Of a stretch of 64,000 bases of DNA, positions 9,492 through 20,821 are shown one piece after another (within the stretch, counting starts at the first letter, position 1; each line of letters opens with the position of its first letter). The DNA lies in assembly GCA_963754315.1 (NCBI GenBank), contig CAVWFS010000018.1, forward strand, positions 736,001-800,000. The letters are read 5' to 3'. This DNA comes from an uncultured Candidatus Rokubacteria bacterium. Its GTDB lineage: Bacteria; Methylomirabilota; Methylomirabilia; Rokubacteriales; CSP1-6. The position numbers were made by a program, and so were the translations under genes. The notes under the pieces are model-generated. The model was not told where the DNA came from. It made no database searches and was given only the letters and a program-made list of their open reading frames with translations.

Positions 9492-11164
9492 ATGGCCTTT
9501 GACCCTCGCCACGCCAGCCGTACCCTCGTCGATGGCGCCGACCGGGCCGCCGCTCGCAGCTACTTCAAGGCTATCGGGTTCACGGACGAAGACCTCAAGC
9601 GTCCGCTGGTCGGCGTGGCTCACTGCTGGATCGAGATCACGCCCTGTAACTGGAACCACCAGAAGCTGGCCGAGAAGGTCAAGGAGGGTATTCGTGCCGC
9701 CGGCGGGACCCCCATCGAGTTCAACACGATCTCCGTCACGGATGGGATCGCCATGGGCACGGAGGGGATGAAGGCGTCGCTCATCAGCCGAGACTGGATC
9801 GCGGACTCGGTCGAATTGGTGGTGCGCGGTCATCTCCTGGATGGGCTGGTCACCCTCACCGGCTGTGACAAGACGATCCCCGCCATGGTCATGGCGATGG
9901 CGCGCCTGAACGTCCCGAGCGTGATGCTGTACGGAGGCTCCATCATGTATGGGGAGCACCGTGGACGGCGGCTGACCGTGCAGGATGTGTTCGAGGCCAT
10001 CGGGGCCTTCAACGCGGGCAGGATCGACGCGGCCGAGCTCAACGCCATCGAAAGCCGCGCCTGCCCCGGGGCGGGCGCGTGCGGTGGCCAGTTCACGGCC
10101 AACACGATGGCCACCGCCTTCGAGATGCTCGGGGTGTCGCCCATGGGCTGGAACGGTGTTCCCGCGGTCGATCCGCGTAAGGAGGAGGTGGCCTTCCAGA
10201 CAGGACGCCTGGTCATGGACGTCCTCAACAAGGGCCTCAAGCCACGCGATATCATTTCCAAGAAATCCCTGCAGAACGCCATCGCCGGCGTCATGGCCAC
10301 CGGTGGCTCGACCAACGCAGTCTTGCACCTCATGGCCGTGGCCAGGGAGGCTGGCATCAAGCTGACGATCGATGAGTTCGACCGCATTTCGCGGAAGACC
10401 CCACTGCTGGCCGATCTGAAGCCTTGGGGCACCTACACAGCGCCCGAGATGCACGAGGCGGGGGGCATGGCCGTCGTCGCCCAGCGCCTCTTGGCCGCCG
10501 GCCTGCTAAGCGAGGACGAGATGACGGTGACGGGGCGAACGATCGCCCAGGAGGCGCGAGCCGCGCGCGAGCAGCCAGGCCAGAAGGTCATTCGGCTGCT
10601 CAACGACCCCATCAAGCCGGAGGGGGGATCGTGATCCTACGCGGGAATCTCGCCCCGGATGGTTGTGTGGCCAAGGTGTCGGGACAGAAGCGAGACTTTC
10701 ATCGCGGTCCGGCCCGGGTCTTCGAGCGCGAGGAGGATGCGTTCCAGGCCGTGAAGGCGGGGAAGATCAAGGCCAATGACGTGATCGTCATCCGCTGGGA
10801 AGGGCCCAAGGGGGGCCCTGGGATGCGCGAGATGTTGCACGTGACTGGCGCCATCCAAGGTGCCGGTCTGGGGGAGAGCGTCGCCCTGATGACGGACGGT
10901 CGGTTCTCAGGAGCAACCCACGGCTTCATGATCGGCCACATCGCGCCGGAGGCCGCCGAAGGTGGCACCATTGCCGCTCTCAAGAACGGTGATATGATCG
11001 TTGTCGACATCAAAAAACGCAAGCTTGAAGTGGAACTTACAGCTGGAGAGTTGAAGAAACGCTTGAGATTAGTGAAGCCCCCGAAGCCACGCTACACGTG
11101 GGGGGTGATGGCTAAGTATGCGCGCCTCGTCTCCTCCGCTTCGGACGGTGCCGTCACCGGTTAA
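9492..11164 (+). CDS. ilvD: Dihydroxy-acid dehydratase; frameshift in G-run near 10625
   Basis: [30 protein letters not shown]; second frame has [24 protein letters not shown]. Confidence 0.93.
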
Positions 11165-11779
11165 CCCCAGACTTCTCGCCTGGCTCGCAAGCGAGCCGCT
11201 TGGCGACGCGACTGCCCTGGATGTCGGAACCGGTTGGGGTGCCTTGGCGCTCGCGCTGGCACCGCGATGTCGAAGGGTCATCGGGGTGGACCGCGACGCG
11301 ACGGCCATCGCTGAAGCCAGGCGCCGAGCAGAGCTTGCTGGCATCAGAAACGTCGAGTTCGTGGTGGACGACGCCGAGGCCGTCGAGTACGCGGCCTTCG
11401 CGCCCGATTTGGTGGTCGCTCATCTCTGCATGTCGGACGCGATCGTGGAGCGATCGAGCCGCGCGCTTCGTCCGCAAGCCGTACTCGCCTTCGTGTGTTT
11501 TCACTCCGACCAGTGGCGTGAAACCGGAAGGCGATCCCGCTTTTCCTACGACGAAGGTCAAATGCGATCGCTTCTGACGCGGACCGGCTTCGCCCTGGAG
11601 TCCATGGAGGTGGACCGGGAGGTACGGGAATTCCGCACGGTCGAGGAGGCACTGGCCGCCGCGGTTGGCCTCGAGGAGCGATGGAGAGCCGATGGGCGCT
11701 GGTTTCACTTCATCAAGTTCCTCGAGGAGGGCGGTCGTAGCCTCACCCGCAGTCATCTCGTGGTCAAGGCTCGACGGCA

Positions 11780-11783
<4 letters not shown>
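11148..11783 (+). CDS. Class I SAM-dependent methyltransferase
   Basis: LDVGTGWG motif I, IGVD; start codon uncertain. Confidence 0.8.
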
Positions 11784-12796
<1,013 letters not shown>

Positions 12797-12822
12797 AGGG
12801 GCGTGCTACACTTTTCGATGTC

Positions 12823-13371
12823 ATGGCTATCCTAAAAGTCGCCAGGCTTGGCCATCCGATCCTGCGCCGGCCGGCGCACCCGGTGCCCCTGGAGCGCATT
12901 GGCTCCTCCGAGATCCAGCGTTTCATCGACGACATGGTCGAGACCATGCGCGAGTACGACGGGGCCGGCCTGGCGGCCAATCAAGTGCACACGTTGCTCC
13001 AGATCGCTGTCATCGAGGTGGAGGGAAACCCGCGTTACCCCGAGGCTGCCAATATCCCGCTCACCGTCCTCATCAATCCTGTGGTGACCCCGCTCGGAGA
13101 GGAAATGGTGGACGGGTGGGAGGGCTGTCTCTCCGTGCCCGACATGCGGGGGATGGTGCCCCGGTACACAGAGGTCCGCCTGCAAGGCTTTGACCGCGCT
13201 GGTGACCCTGTGAATCTCGTGGCCAAGGATTTCTTCGCGCGGGTGATCCAGCACGAAACTGACCATCTCAACGGAATCGTCTATCCGGACCGCATGCGAG
13301 ACCTCTCCACCTTGTCCTTCATCGCCGAATGGAACAAGTACTGGCTCGGGCTCAAGGAGCAGGCGGATTAG
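12823..13371 (+). CDS. def: Peptide deformylase
   Basis: GAGLAANQ, EGCLS, QHETDHLNG. Confidence 0.95.
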   Translation: MAILKVARLGHPILRRPAHPVPLERIGSSEIQRFIDDMVETMREYDGAGLAANQVHTLLQIAVIEVEGNPRYPEAANIPLTVLINPVVTPLGEEMVDGWEGCLSVPDMRGMVPRYTEVRLQGFDRAGDPVNLVAKDFFARVIQHETDHLNGIVYPDRMRDLSTLSFIAEWNKYWLGLKEQAD

Positions 13372-13372
13372 G

Positions 13373-13729
13373 GTGGGCGGACCAGTGGGCGGGGTGGTCG
13401 CCGTGGTGAAGGATCTGTTCTTCGTGGCCCGCATTCGAGAGACGGCACGCCTGGTCGGAGTTCCGCTCGTGTTCGCGCGGGACCCAGATGAGCTGGAGCA
13501 GGCCGTGGGGAGCGCGCCACGCTTCGCCCTCGTCGATCTCACCTCAGACTTCGATTACCCCCGCCTCTTCACCGTGGCCGAGCGCGCGCAGCTCCCGGTG
13601 CTGGCGTTCACCACCCACGCGTTGGCCCGCCAAACCCAACCGTGGCACGCGCGTTGTCAGCGGGTGATTACCAAGGAAACGCTGAGCCAGGAGCTGGGAT
13701 CGCTGCTGCAGCAGGGGTACGCCGCGTGA
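13373..13729 (+). CDS. Small receiver-like hypothetical protein
   Basis: DLFFVARI, VDL and AFTTH resemble a degenerate CheY fold. Confidence 0.55.
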   Translation: MGGPVGGVVAVVKDLFFVARIRETARLVGVPLVFARDPDELEQAVGSAPRFALVDLTSDFDYPRLFTVAERAQLPVLAFTTHALARQTQPWHARCQRVITKETLSQELGSLLQQGYAA

Positions 13730-14385
13730 CCGCCCAGGAGTTCGTCGCGCAGCTGGCAGCCTCAAATGAGGCGCTGCTGGCCCGGCTCGCTCCGGACGCA
13801 ACCCTGAAGCCCGAGGTCGAGGGCCAGCTCACCGTGGTCAATCTGCTGAAGGTCGCCCTGAAGAACGAGATCGAGGCTACCGAGATCGCTGCGCGCTGGC
13901 TGGTGACCACGGATGATGTGAGAGTGAAGTTGGCTCTTGCTCGGCAGGTCGGCGACGAGGCGAGGCACTTCCGTCTCATCGCCGACCGCCTGCAGGCCCT
14001 CGGGTTCGCCGCGACCACGTTTGACCCGCTCGCCAAGGGGTATGGTCCCCTCTTTCACTTCCTCGACGGTCTCCAAACCACGGTCGAGCGCGTGGCAGCC
14101 GGTCAGTTCACACGCGAGGCGATTGCCATCGTGAAGAATCGTCAGTTCATCGAGTTCTGCGAGGCGGCCGGGGACGGCGCGACGGCCGCGCTCTATCGCG
14201 ACGTGATCGAGCCCGACGAGCGGCATCATCACGAGCTGGGACGCAGCTTGCTCGGCCTGCTCGCCACCACCCCTGAGGCGCAGGCGGACGCCACGCGGGC
14301 GGCACGACGCACGCTCGAATTAGCGGAGGAGCTTCAGCACCAGGCTCTCCGGACGGCAGGTCTGCATCATGCTCCGGGGTGCTGA
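13726..14385 (+). CDS. Ferritin-like di-iron domain protein
   Basis: NEIEA, DEARH, REA, DERHH ExxH ligands; GTGA overlap. Confidence 0.75.
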   Translation: MTAQEFVAQLAASNEALLARLAPDATLKPEVEGQLTVVNLLKVALKNEIEATEIAARWLVTTDDVRVKLALARQVGDEARHFRLIADRLQALGFAATTFDPLAKGYGPLFHFLDGLQTTVERVAAGQFTREAIAIVKNRQFIEFCEAAGDGATAALYRDVIEPDERHHHELGRSLLGLLATTPEAQADATRAARRTLELAEELQHQALRTAGLHHAPGC

Positions 14386-14396
14386 GTGATCGAGTA

Positions 14397-15221
14397 ATGG
14401 ACGCAGACCTGCGAACCTTCGGTGATATCGTACGCGTTTCGGCTCCTGAAATCGATCTTGCCCTGGGCGCGCTATGTATTGCCCGCATCGAGCATCCGCA
14501 GTTGATCGCCGAGGACTCACTCAAGCGACTCGACGAGTTGGCCGCGCGCTCGGGGGCGGCCGGGCTCGGCGACGAGCTGCGCATCCTGCACCGGTTGCGC
14601 GAGTTTCTCTTCGCCGAGGAGGGATTCCGGGGCAACAGCGAGGACTACTACGACCCGTGCAACAGCTGCCTCAACGACGTGCTTGAACGCAAGCGGGGCA
14701 TCCCCATCAGCCTTGCCCTCGTCATGATGGAGGTGGGCGTCCGGGTGGGATTGCGTATCCTTGGTGTCGGACTGCCTGGTCATTTCGTGGTGAGTGCCCA
14801 TGTGGGGGGCGATTCCGTGCTGCTCGATCCCTTCAGCGGGGGGGCCCTGCTCACCAGGGAGGGAGCACACAAGGTGGTGGCGCGGGCCGTCGGTCGTCCG
14901 GTTCGGCTTACCGAGGCGAGCTTTGCTCCCTGTTCCCGTTTGCAGATGCTGGCGCGGATGCTGGGCAACTTGAAAGCCGTCTACGTCAGCCGGTGCCAGT
15001 GGGACAAGGCTCTGGGAACCATCAATCACCTGCTCATCGTCGATGGGGAGTCGTCGAACCATCTACGTGACCGGGGCTCCGTGTTGGTCAAGCTCGGTCA
15101 CTTCCACCGGGGCATCGCCGACTGGGAACGGTATCTCGGGCAGAATCCCGAGGCGTCGGATGTCGAGGTCGTGCGCCAGCAAGTGAGGCGAGTCCGCGAG
15201 GGGCTCGCGGCGCTGAACTAG
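14397..15221 (+). CDS. SirB1/transglutaminase-like protein with TPR
   Basis: FRGNSEDYYDPCNSCLNDVLERKRGIPISL, GLPGHF, DPFSGG, RDRG. Confidence 0.88.
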   Translation: MDADLRTFGDIVRVSAPEIDLALGALCIARIEHPQLIAEDSLKRLDELAARSGAAGLGDELRILHRLREFLFAEEGFRGNSEDYYDPCNSCLNDVLERKRGIPISLALVMMEVGVRVGLRILGVGLPGHFVVSAHVGGDSVLLDPFSGGALLTREGAHKVVARAVGRPVRLTEASFAPCSRLQMLARMLGNLKAVYVSRCQWDKALGTINHLLIVDGESSNHLRDRGSVLVKLGHFHRGIADWERYLGQNPEASDVEVVRQQVRRVREGLAALN

Positions 15222-15288
15222 CTCGCGAGGTGGTCGCGAGAACCCCGAGCCCTCACGATCAGCCCGACCTTCAAGGATGGGGTGCGAG

Positions 15289-16585
15289 ATGACGAGCTCG
15301 TACATGCCGCTGCGGCGCCTTCTGGCGTGGTTGCTGATCCTTGCCTGTTCTCACCCCGGCCTGCGCCTCCCGTAACGTGGCTCCCATCGGACATGCCGGG
15401 AAGCCTTTTCAGCCAGAACCGGACGAGGTGCGGCTCTGGGAGCAAGCCGAGAAGGAGGAGGCGGCACTTCTCAAGAAGAACAAGCCGTACGACGATCCGC
15501 TGCTCGAGGACTACCTGGCCAAGATTGGTGACCGGCTTCTTCCCGATAACGTCCGGGCCGCCGGCGGCCCCGGGTATCGCTTCGGTGTCATCCGCGACCC
15601 CACCCTGAACGCCTTCGCCATGCCCAACGGGCGCGTGTACATCCACACGGGCCTGCTGGCCCAAGTTCAGAACGAGGCACAACTGGCCACGATCCTCGGG
15701 CACGAGATGACCCATGTGAGCAACCGTCACGCGCTCAGCTTCACGCGCGACGCGCAGACGAAACAGATCATCTACACGGTCGCGGCCATCGCGGCCAGCA
15801 TCGGGGTGGCGGCGGCGGCGGGCTCGGTCGCCAAGAACAACCCGGTGGGGGGCGCCATGATCGGTCAGACGGCCAACGCCATTCTCGGCCTCGGCTTGCA
15901 GCTCGCCACCATCGCCGCCATCAACGGCTACGGGCGCGATCTCGAGCGCGAGGCCGACGCGGAGGGCCTCGCTCGCATGGTGCGGGCCGGCTACGACCCG
16001 AGGGAAGCGCCCAAGGTCTTCGCGCTCCTGAAGGATAGCAGTGGCGATCGGGGCTCCCTGGAGACGTTCTTCTTCGGTAGTCATCCTCGGTTACAAGAGC
16101 GCGTCGAGACGACCGAGGAGCTGATACGTACGAAATATGTGGACGCGGCCGGCTCGTCGTCGGCGATCGCGAACAGCGACGAGTTCGAGCTCCGGATGCG
16201 GACGGTGGTGCGTGACAATGCCCGCCTCGACATCGCGGCCGGGCGCTTTACCCTGGCCCAGCGCCAGCTCGACCGGGTGCTGACCATTACCCCCAGAGAC
16301 CCGACCGCGCACCTTTACTACGGCGACCTCTATCGCCTCCAGGCCCAGCGGGCGAAGTCACCGATCGAGAAGGCGGAGCTGGCCCACTTGGCGTTGGTGA
16401 GCTATCGGCGCTCGGCCGAGCTGGACCCGCAGGCGCCGGAGCCTTACCGTCAGCTTGGCTTGCTCTACTACCAGCAGCGGCTGCCCGACCGGGCCCGCGA
16501 GGCCTTCCACCAGTATCTGGCCCTCAAGCCCGACGCCCCCGACGCCAAGCGCATCAAGGAGTACCTGGTGGAGTTGGAGCGATAA
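15289..16585 (+). CDS. M48-family metalloprotease with TPRs (BepA-like lipoprotein); frameshift in signal peptide near 15345
   Basis: NAFAMPNG, HEMTH, EREAD, SHP, C-terminal TPRs. Signal MPLRRLLAWLLILA is out of frame with VLTPAC. Confidence 0.85.
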
Positions 16586-16587
16586 GA

Positions 16588-16613
16588 TTGGAGGACCTCG
16601 AGAGGCCCTTCAA
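16588..16613. repeat. REP-like hairpin between convergent genes
   Basis: TTGGAGG-A-CCTC-GA-GAGG-C-CCTTCAA. Confidence 0.5.
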
Positions 16614-18029
16614 ACCCACGGCGCTCTCGAGAAATCGACGAGCTTGGATTTGAGAATCTTCCCGGTGGCGCTCCGGGGGAGCGTCTCAACCACGCGCACG
16701 AGGCGAGGGCATTTGAACGCAGCCAGGCTCTTGGCGCAATGGGCGATCAGCTCGTCGGGGCCTGCGTGGGCGTGGGGATGGAGCATGACAAACGCCGCGA
16801 TGTCTTCGCCCAGCTCGGGGTGGGGTTGTCCAACGACTGCGGCCTCGGCGACGGCAGGGTGGGCGAGAAGGGTGGCTTCCACCTCTCCTGGTGATACCGA
16901 GTAGCCGCCCCGGAGAATCAATTCCTTCTTCCGCCCGACGATGGTGACAAAGCCGTGAGGGTCGATGCGTGCCAGATCACCCGTGCGGAACCAGCCATCG
17001 CGCAGGACGACCGGCGTTTCCTCCGGGGCACCCAGATAGCCGTCCATGACCGCAGGACTCTTGATGAGGAGCTCACCCGCCTCGCCTGAAGGCAGCGCTT
17101 GCTCAGCCTCGTTGACGACTCGAAGGGTGACGCCGGGGACGGCCCGTCCGATCGCCTCCGGAATTTCGGTGGGATCGTCTGCCAGGTACGAGATGGGTCG
17201 GAAGATCTCCGTACTGCCGTAACCCCGGAGGATCCGTATCCCCGTCTTTTCTCGCCATTCCTGCGCGAGCTCTCCGGGGCATGGTGCGGCGCCGGAGACG
17301 GCCAGTCGCAAGCTCGCCAAGCGCTCCCGGGCAAAGCCGGCCGCGTCGAGGAGACGACGGAACATCGTGGCCACCCCAGGAAATACCGTCACCTGATGCT
17401 GCTCGATGGCCTCCAGAACGGCATCGGGCGAGAAGCGCTCGAGGAGGACGACGGTGGCGCCGGCTAGGAGTGGAGCCAACAGAGCGCCGTTGATTCCAAA
17501 GGAATGGGCGTAGGGGAGGACGCCCAGGACCACGTCGCGCGAGGAGAGCCGCATCACGGGTCCTGCCCAGGACTGGTTAGCGAAGCTGAGCGCGTCGTGG
17601 GATAGCAGAGCACCCTTCGGCCGTCCGGTGCTTCCCGAGGTGTAGAGGATCAGGGCAGGAGAGGAGACCGCCCTTCGCGACTGAGCGGGGGCACCCGTGC
17701 AGTCGGGCTCGGCAATGACCAGGGCGGGGGCGAGATCGGCAAGGATGGTCGCGCGCTCCTCGGCGGTGAGCAGGGGATTCAGCGGGGCCGCGATCGCGCC
17801 GGACTTTGAGGGCAGCGAGGAGGGCGACCACAAAGGACCACGTGTTGGGCAGCGAAATGGCCACTCGATCTCCAGGTCGAAGGTCGCGCGCGGCCAGAGC
17901 GCCCGCCGCGCATGAAGCCCGACGGTCCACTTCCTCGTACGTCAGAGTCCCTTCTTGCCAGGCGAGGGCGGGTTTGGCCGGCGAGGCGTGCGCGCTGGCC
18001 TCGATGAGGACGGCGAAGTTATCAGGCAA
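16610..18029 (-). CDS. Long-chain acyl-CoA ligase (AMP-binding); +1 frameshift near 17806
   Basis: LYTSGSTGRPKG, GYGSTE, WFRTGD, GRKKELI, LPRSATGK; N-terminus lies in ORF 17577..18029. Confidence 0.88.
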
Positions 18030-18041
18030 CTCTACACGATG

Positions 18042-19403
18042 CTAGGTGAGGAAATCCTTGAGGTCGATGCGCTGCCAGACCTCGGCGGGTATCCGATGGC
18101 GCGGGGTGTAGGCGGCCAGCGAGGGCTTGGCGGTGGCGTCCACCCCCCACTTGGCCGTGTAGCCATCTTCTTTGGCAGAGGGATCGAGATCGGATCCGCG
18201 TGCTTGGGTCACGATCAGGATGTCCCGATCGGGCTGACAGCGGGTCGCCAGAGCCCACGTCATCTGACGGTCATCGAAAACGTCGACGTCGTGATCGACG
18301 ACGACGACCCGCTTCATGTAAAGGTCTGCTCCGAGGACGGCCAGGAGTGCGTTCTTGGCCTGACCTGGGGCGCGCTGCTCGATGGACACGTAACAGGTGA
18401 AGGGCCCGGGAACCCGTACTGCTTTCACGGAGGGCACCATGGCCCGCACGGCCCGGAAGAGATTGGCTTCCATGGGAATCGTCGAGAGGAGCAGGTGATC
18501 AAGATGGGCAACCGAGATATCGTGGAAGAAGGCGCCTGCGCGATGGGTGATCGCGTTCACCTTGACCACCTCGCGCGGCCGCTGCCCGAGGCTGTAGCCG
18601 GTGAACTCGCCGAAGGGCCCCTCGGGCACGCGTTCATCGGGAAGGATTTCGGCTTCGATCACCATCTCGGCATGGGCCGGCACCAGGATCTCGGAGGTTT
18701 CACAGCGCACCAACTCCAGCGGTTCGCCGAGAAGGGCGCCCATGATGCCACGTTCGTCCTCGTCGATAGAGCCGATGGCGAGGGCCCCGAGGGCGACGGC
18801 GGGGTGCACCCCGAGCGCGAAGGCTACCGGCAGCGCCTCGCGTCGGGCCTCGGCCGTGCGGTGGAATTCCCACAGGTGCTTGCCGGTGGTGAGGTGGATC
18901 GACGTCCGCGCCCGTCCCTGGATCATCAGCCGGTTGTAGGCGCAGTTCCAGATGTCGCGGGTGGGATCCTTGGCGAAGGATATGGCAGCCGTCACGTATG
19001 GCCCCGCGTCGCCCTCGTGATGGACGATCTGCGGTAGCTCGTAGAGATTGATCCGATCGCCTGTGATGATGACGTCCTTCACGGGCCCCCGCGACACCAC
19101 TTTCGGCGGGAGGGGACGCTCCATGGCCGCCAGGTACGTGCGGAGCATGTCCTGGGGCTTGGCGTTCATGGCAGCGGCTAGACGTGAACGGCTCGCATGC
19201 AGGTTGGTGAGGACGGGGAATGGTGAACCCTTCACCTTCTCGAACACGAGCACCGGTCGCCGCCGCGCTTCCTGTTCGAGCTTGACCACGATGGCGGTGA
19301 GTTCATAGGCAGGATCCACCTCGCGGGAGACGACCAGGACCTCGTGCGGCTGGCTTCGCCTGACGCCGTCGAGGAAACTCCTCAGATCCTGCCCCATGAC
19401 CAC
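18042..19403 (-). CDS. UbiD-family (prFMN) decarboxylase
   Basis: DAGPYVT, YNR, VPAHAEMVIE, EGPFGEFTGY, VDHDVD, WALATR, GVDAT. Confidence 0.9.
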   Translation of the reverse strand: MVMGQDLRSFLDGVRRSQPHEVLVVSREVDPAYELTAIVVKLEQEARRRPVLVFEKVKGSPFPVLTNLHASRSRLAAAMNAKPQDMLRTYLAAMERPLPPKVVSRGPVKDVIITGDRINLYELPQIVHHEGDAGPYVTAAISFAKDPTRDIWNCAYNRLMIQGRARTSIHLTTGKHLWEFHRTAEARREALPVAFALGVHPAVALGALAIGSIDEDERGIMGALLGEPLELVRCETSEILVPAHAEMVIEAEILPDERVPEGPFGEFTGYSLGQRPREVVKVNAITHRAGAFFHDISVAHLDHLLLSTIPMEANLFRAVRAMVPSVKAVRVPGPFTCYVSIEQRAPGQAKNALLAVLGADLYMKRVVVVDHDVDVFDDRQMTWALATRCQPDRDILIVTQARGSDLDPSAKEDGYTAKWGVDATAKPSLAAYTPRHRIPAEVWQRIDLKDFLT

Positions 19404-19431
19404 ACTCCCCCTTCCCCAATGATCCTCGGAC

Positions 19432-20088
19432 CTATCGATTAGCGGCCCGTTCGCGCGTGCGCTGGAGCATCGCGCGTACCAAGGATGCCGCCGCGTCGCC
19501 CTGCACGCGGTTGACCACCCAGGTCGGGATCGCTCCTCCCGGCTCGCTGAGCACCTCGTAGGTGACCCGGGCCCCCTTGTTCTCGGGACCGAGCTCGATC
19601 AGCCAGCGTCCTTGGATTTGCGCGACGCGCACGTGGCTCCCGTCCGGCGGAGGGCCGGCCTCGTTGGCGGTGGCAAAAACGATCTCGTAACGCTGGGCTT
19701 CTTGATCCACACGCTTCCGGAGGCGGACGGTGTAGTCGCGATCTTTGGCCAGTGGCACCGCCACTTGCTCGTAGGACAGGCGCTCGTCACCGGTGTCCGA
19801 GAGGAGCTCGAGCCGCTTGAGATACGGAACGAACTCTGGGTGCTCCCGCTGCCGCCAGATCGTCTCGAAGATGGCGGCGGGTGACAGCGAGCTATTGGTC
19901 GTGGCCCGGACCTCGTAGAATCCCGAGCCCGATTGGGTGGTGCGGCGCTCTACCAGCATGCCGTCCTTGTCCGAGAGCATCTGCCAGTCCGCGGCATGGG
20001 CGATCCCGAGCGGCAACAAGACCACGACAACGAGAACGCCGAGGGTCAGCAGGGAGGAGAGCCGCCCTCGGGGGGCGCGTCCTCTCAT
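19432..20088 (-). CDS. Exported START/SRPBCC lipid-binding protein
   Basis: Signal peptide ending in AHA; W..LSDKDG, FVPYLKR, PLAKDRDY, PGGAIPTWVVN; ATGA overlap with the hydroxylase stop. Confidence 0.8.
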   Translation of the reverse strand: MRGRAPRGRLSSLLTLGVLVVVVLLPLGIAHAADWQMLSDKDGMLVERRTTQSGSGFYEVRATTNSSLSPAAIFETIWRQREHPEFVPYLKRLELLSDTGDERLSYEQVAVPLAKDRDYTVRLRKRVDQEAQRYEIVFATANEAGPPPDGSHVRVAQIQGRWLIELGPENKGARVTYEVLSEPGGAIPTWVVNRVQGDAAASLVRAMLQRTRERAANR

Positions 20089-20720
20089 CGAAGCACGGGG
20101 GGCCGAGTGGTGAGGCGGTCGCTTGTGCCGGCGGTACCGAACACCAGGTCCCACAACGGGGAACTGACGCCCCAGCGGGCCCCGGGCGTCGCGTAGTGAT
20201 GGAGCATGTGCTGTCGCCTCAGGTGCCGTCCCCACCGCGTCGGCAATGTCGCCCGATGCAGGGCGAGATGCAGATAGTCATAGGCGAGATAGCCTACCAG
20301 AAAGAAGGCGAAGAACGGCTCGATCCAGAGACCGCCGAGGACCACGCGGAAGAGGCCAAAAAAGGCGGCATGGGCGATGAGGGCGGGGGCGGGGGGGATC
20401 AAGAGGCGGGTCACGTCGTCCGGATTTGCGTGGTGGATCCCGTGCAGCGCGAACTGTAGGCGCTGGCGGCTCGGCGTGCTCGGCCGCAGGTGGAACACGA
20501 AGCGGTGCACGAGGTACTCGGTGAGGGTCCACGCGACCAGACCCCCGATCCCGAGGATGGCGACGGTGGCACCGTCCAGCCGGTGGACGGTGAGCGATCG
20601 CCACAGCAGGCAGGCGATGATCGGCGCCCAGAGCAGGACCGGTGTCAGGGGATGCACCCGCGACAGCCGTTCGAGCAGGCCGTTGTCGAAGAGGCGGACG
20701 CTCTCCTGGCGCGCAAGCAT
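20085..20720 (-). CDS. Fatty acid/sphingolipid hydroxylase (FA2H/Scs7-like, sterol desaturase superfamily)
   Basis: LFDNGLLERLSRVHP, WTLTEYLVHRFVFH, HGIHH...RLLIPP, GYLAYDYLH, HMLHHY, GVSSPLWDLVFGT. Confidence 0.88.
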   Translation of the reverse strand: MLARQESVRLFDNGLLERLSRVHPLTPVLLWAPIIACLLWRSLTVHRLDGATVAILGIGGLVAWTLTEYLVHRFVFHLRPSTPSRQRLQFALHGIHHANPDDVTRLLIPPAPALIAHAAFFGLFRVVLGGLWIEPFFAFFLVGYLAYDYLHLALHRATLPTRWGRHLRRQHMLHHYATPGARWGVSSPLWDLVFGTAGTSDRLTTRPPVLR

Positions 20721-20821
20721 CGAGGGACCCTACCCCCCCAGGATACCTCGGGGACCGCCTGCCAACAATGCCCGTGAACTAAGAGTCCGCTTTCCCGGCG
20801 GTTTTTTGTATCATAATTAGG

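Noticed and set aside
10615..10640. Programmed frameshift or phase variation in ilvD
   Set aside because: A short G6 run in a housekeeping gene, among other homopolymer indels, is better explained as sequencing error
14377..14397. Possible G-C-U selenocysteine motif at the end of the ferritin-like gene
   Set aside because: Readthrough adds only three residues before TAA and no clear SECIS is visible; a normal stop is simpler
16610..19403. UbiD and acyl-CoA ligase as members of the mqn or ceramide pathways
   Set aside because: They are co-oriented with the hydroxylase-START pair and plausible, but both families are broad and nothing in the sequence assigns a substrate
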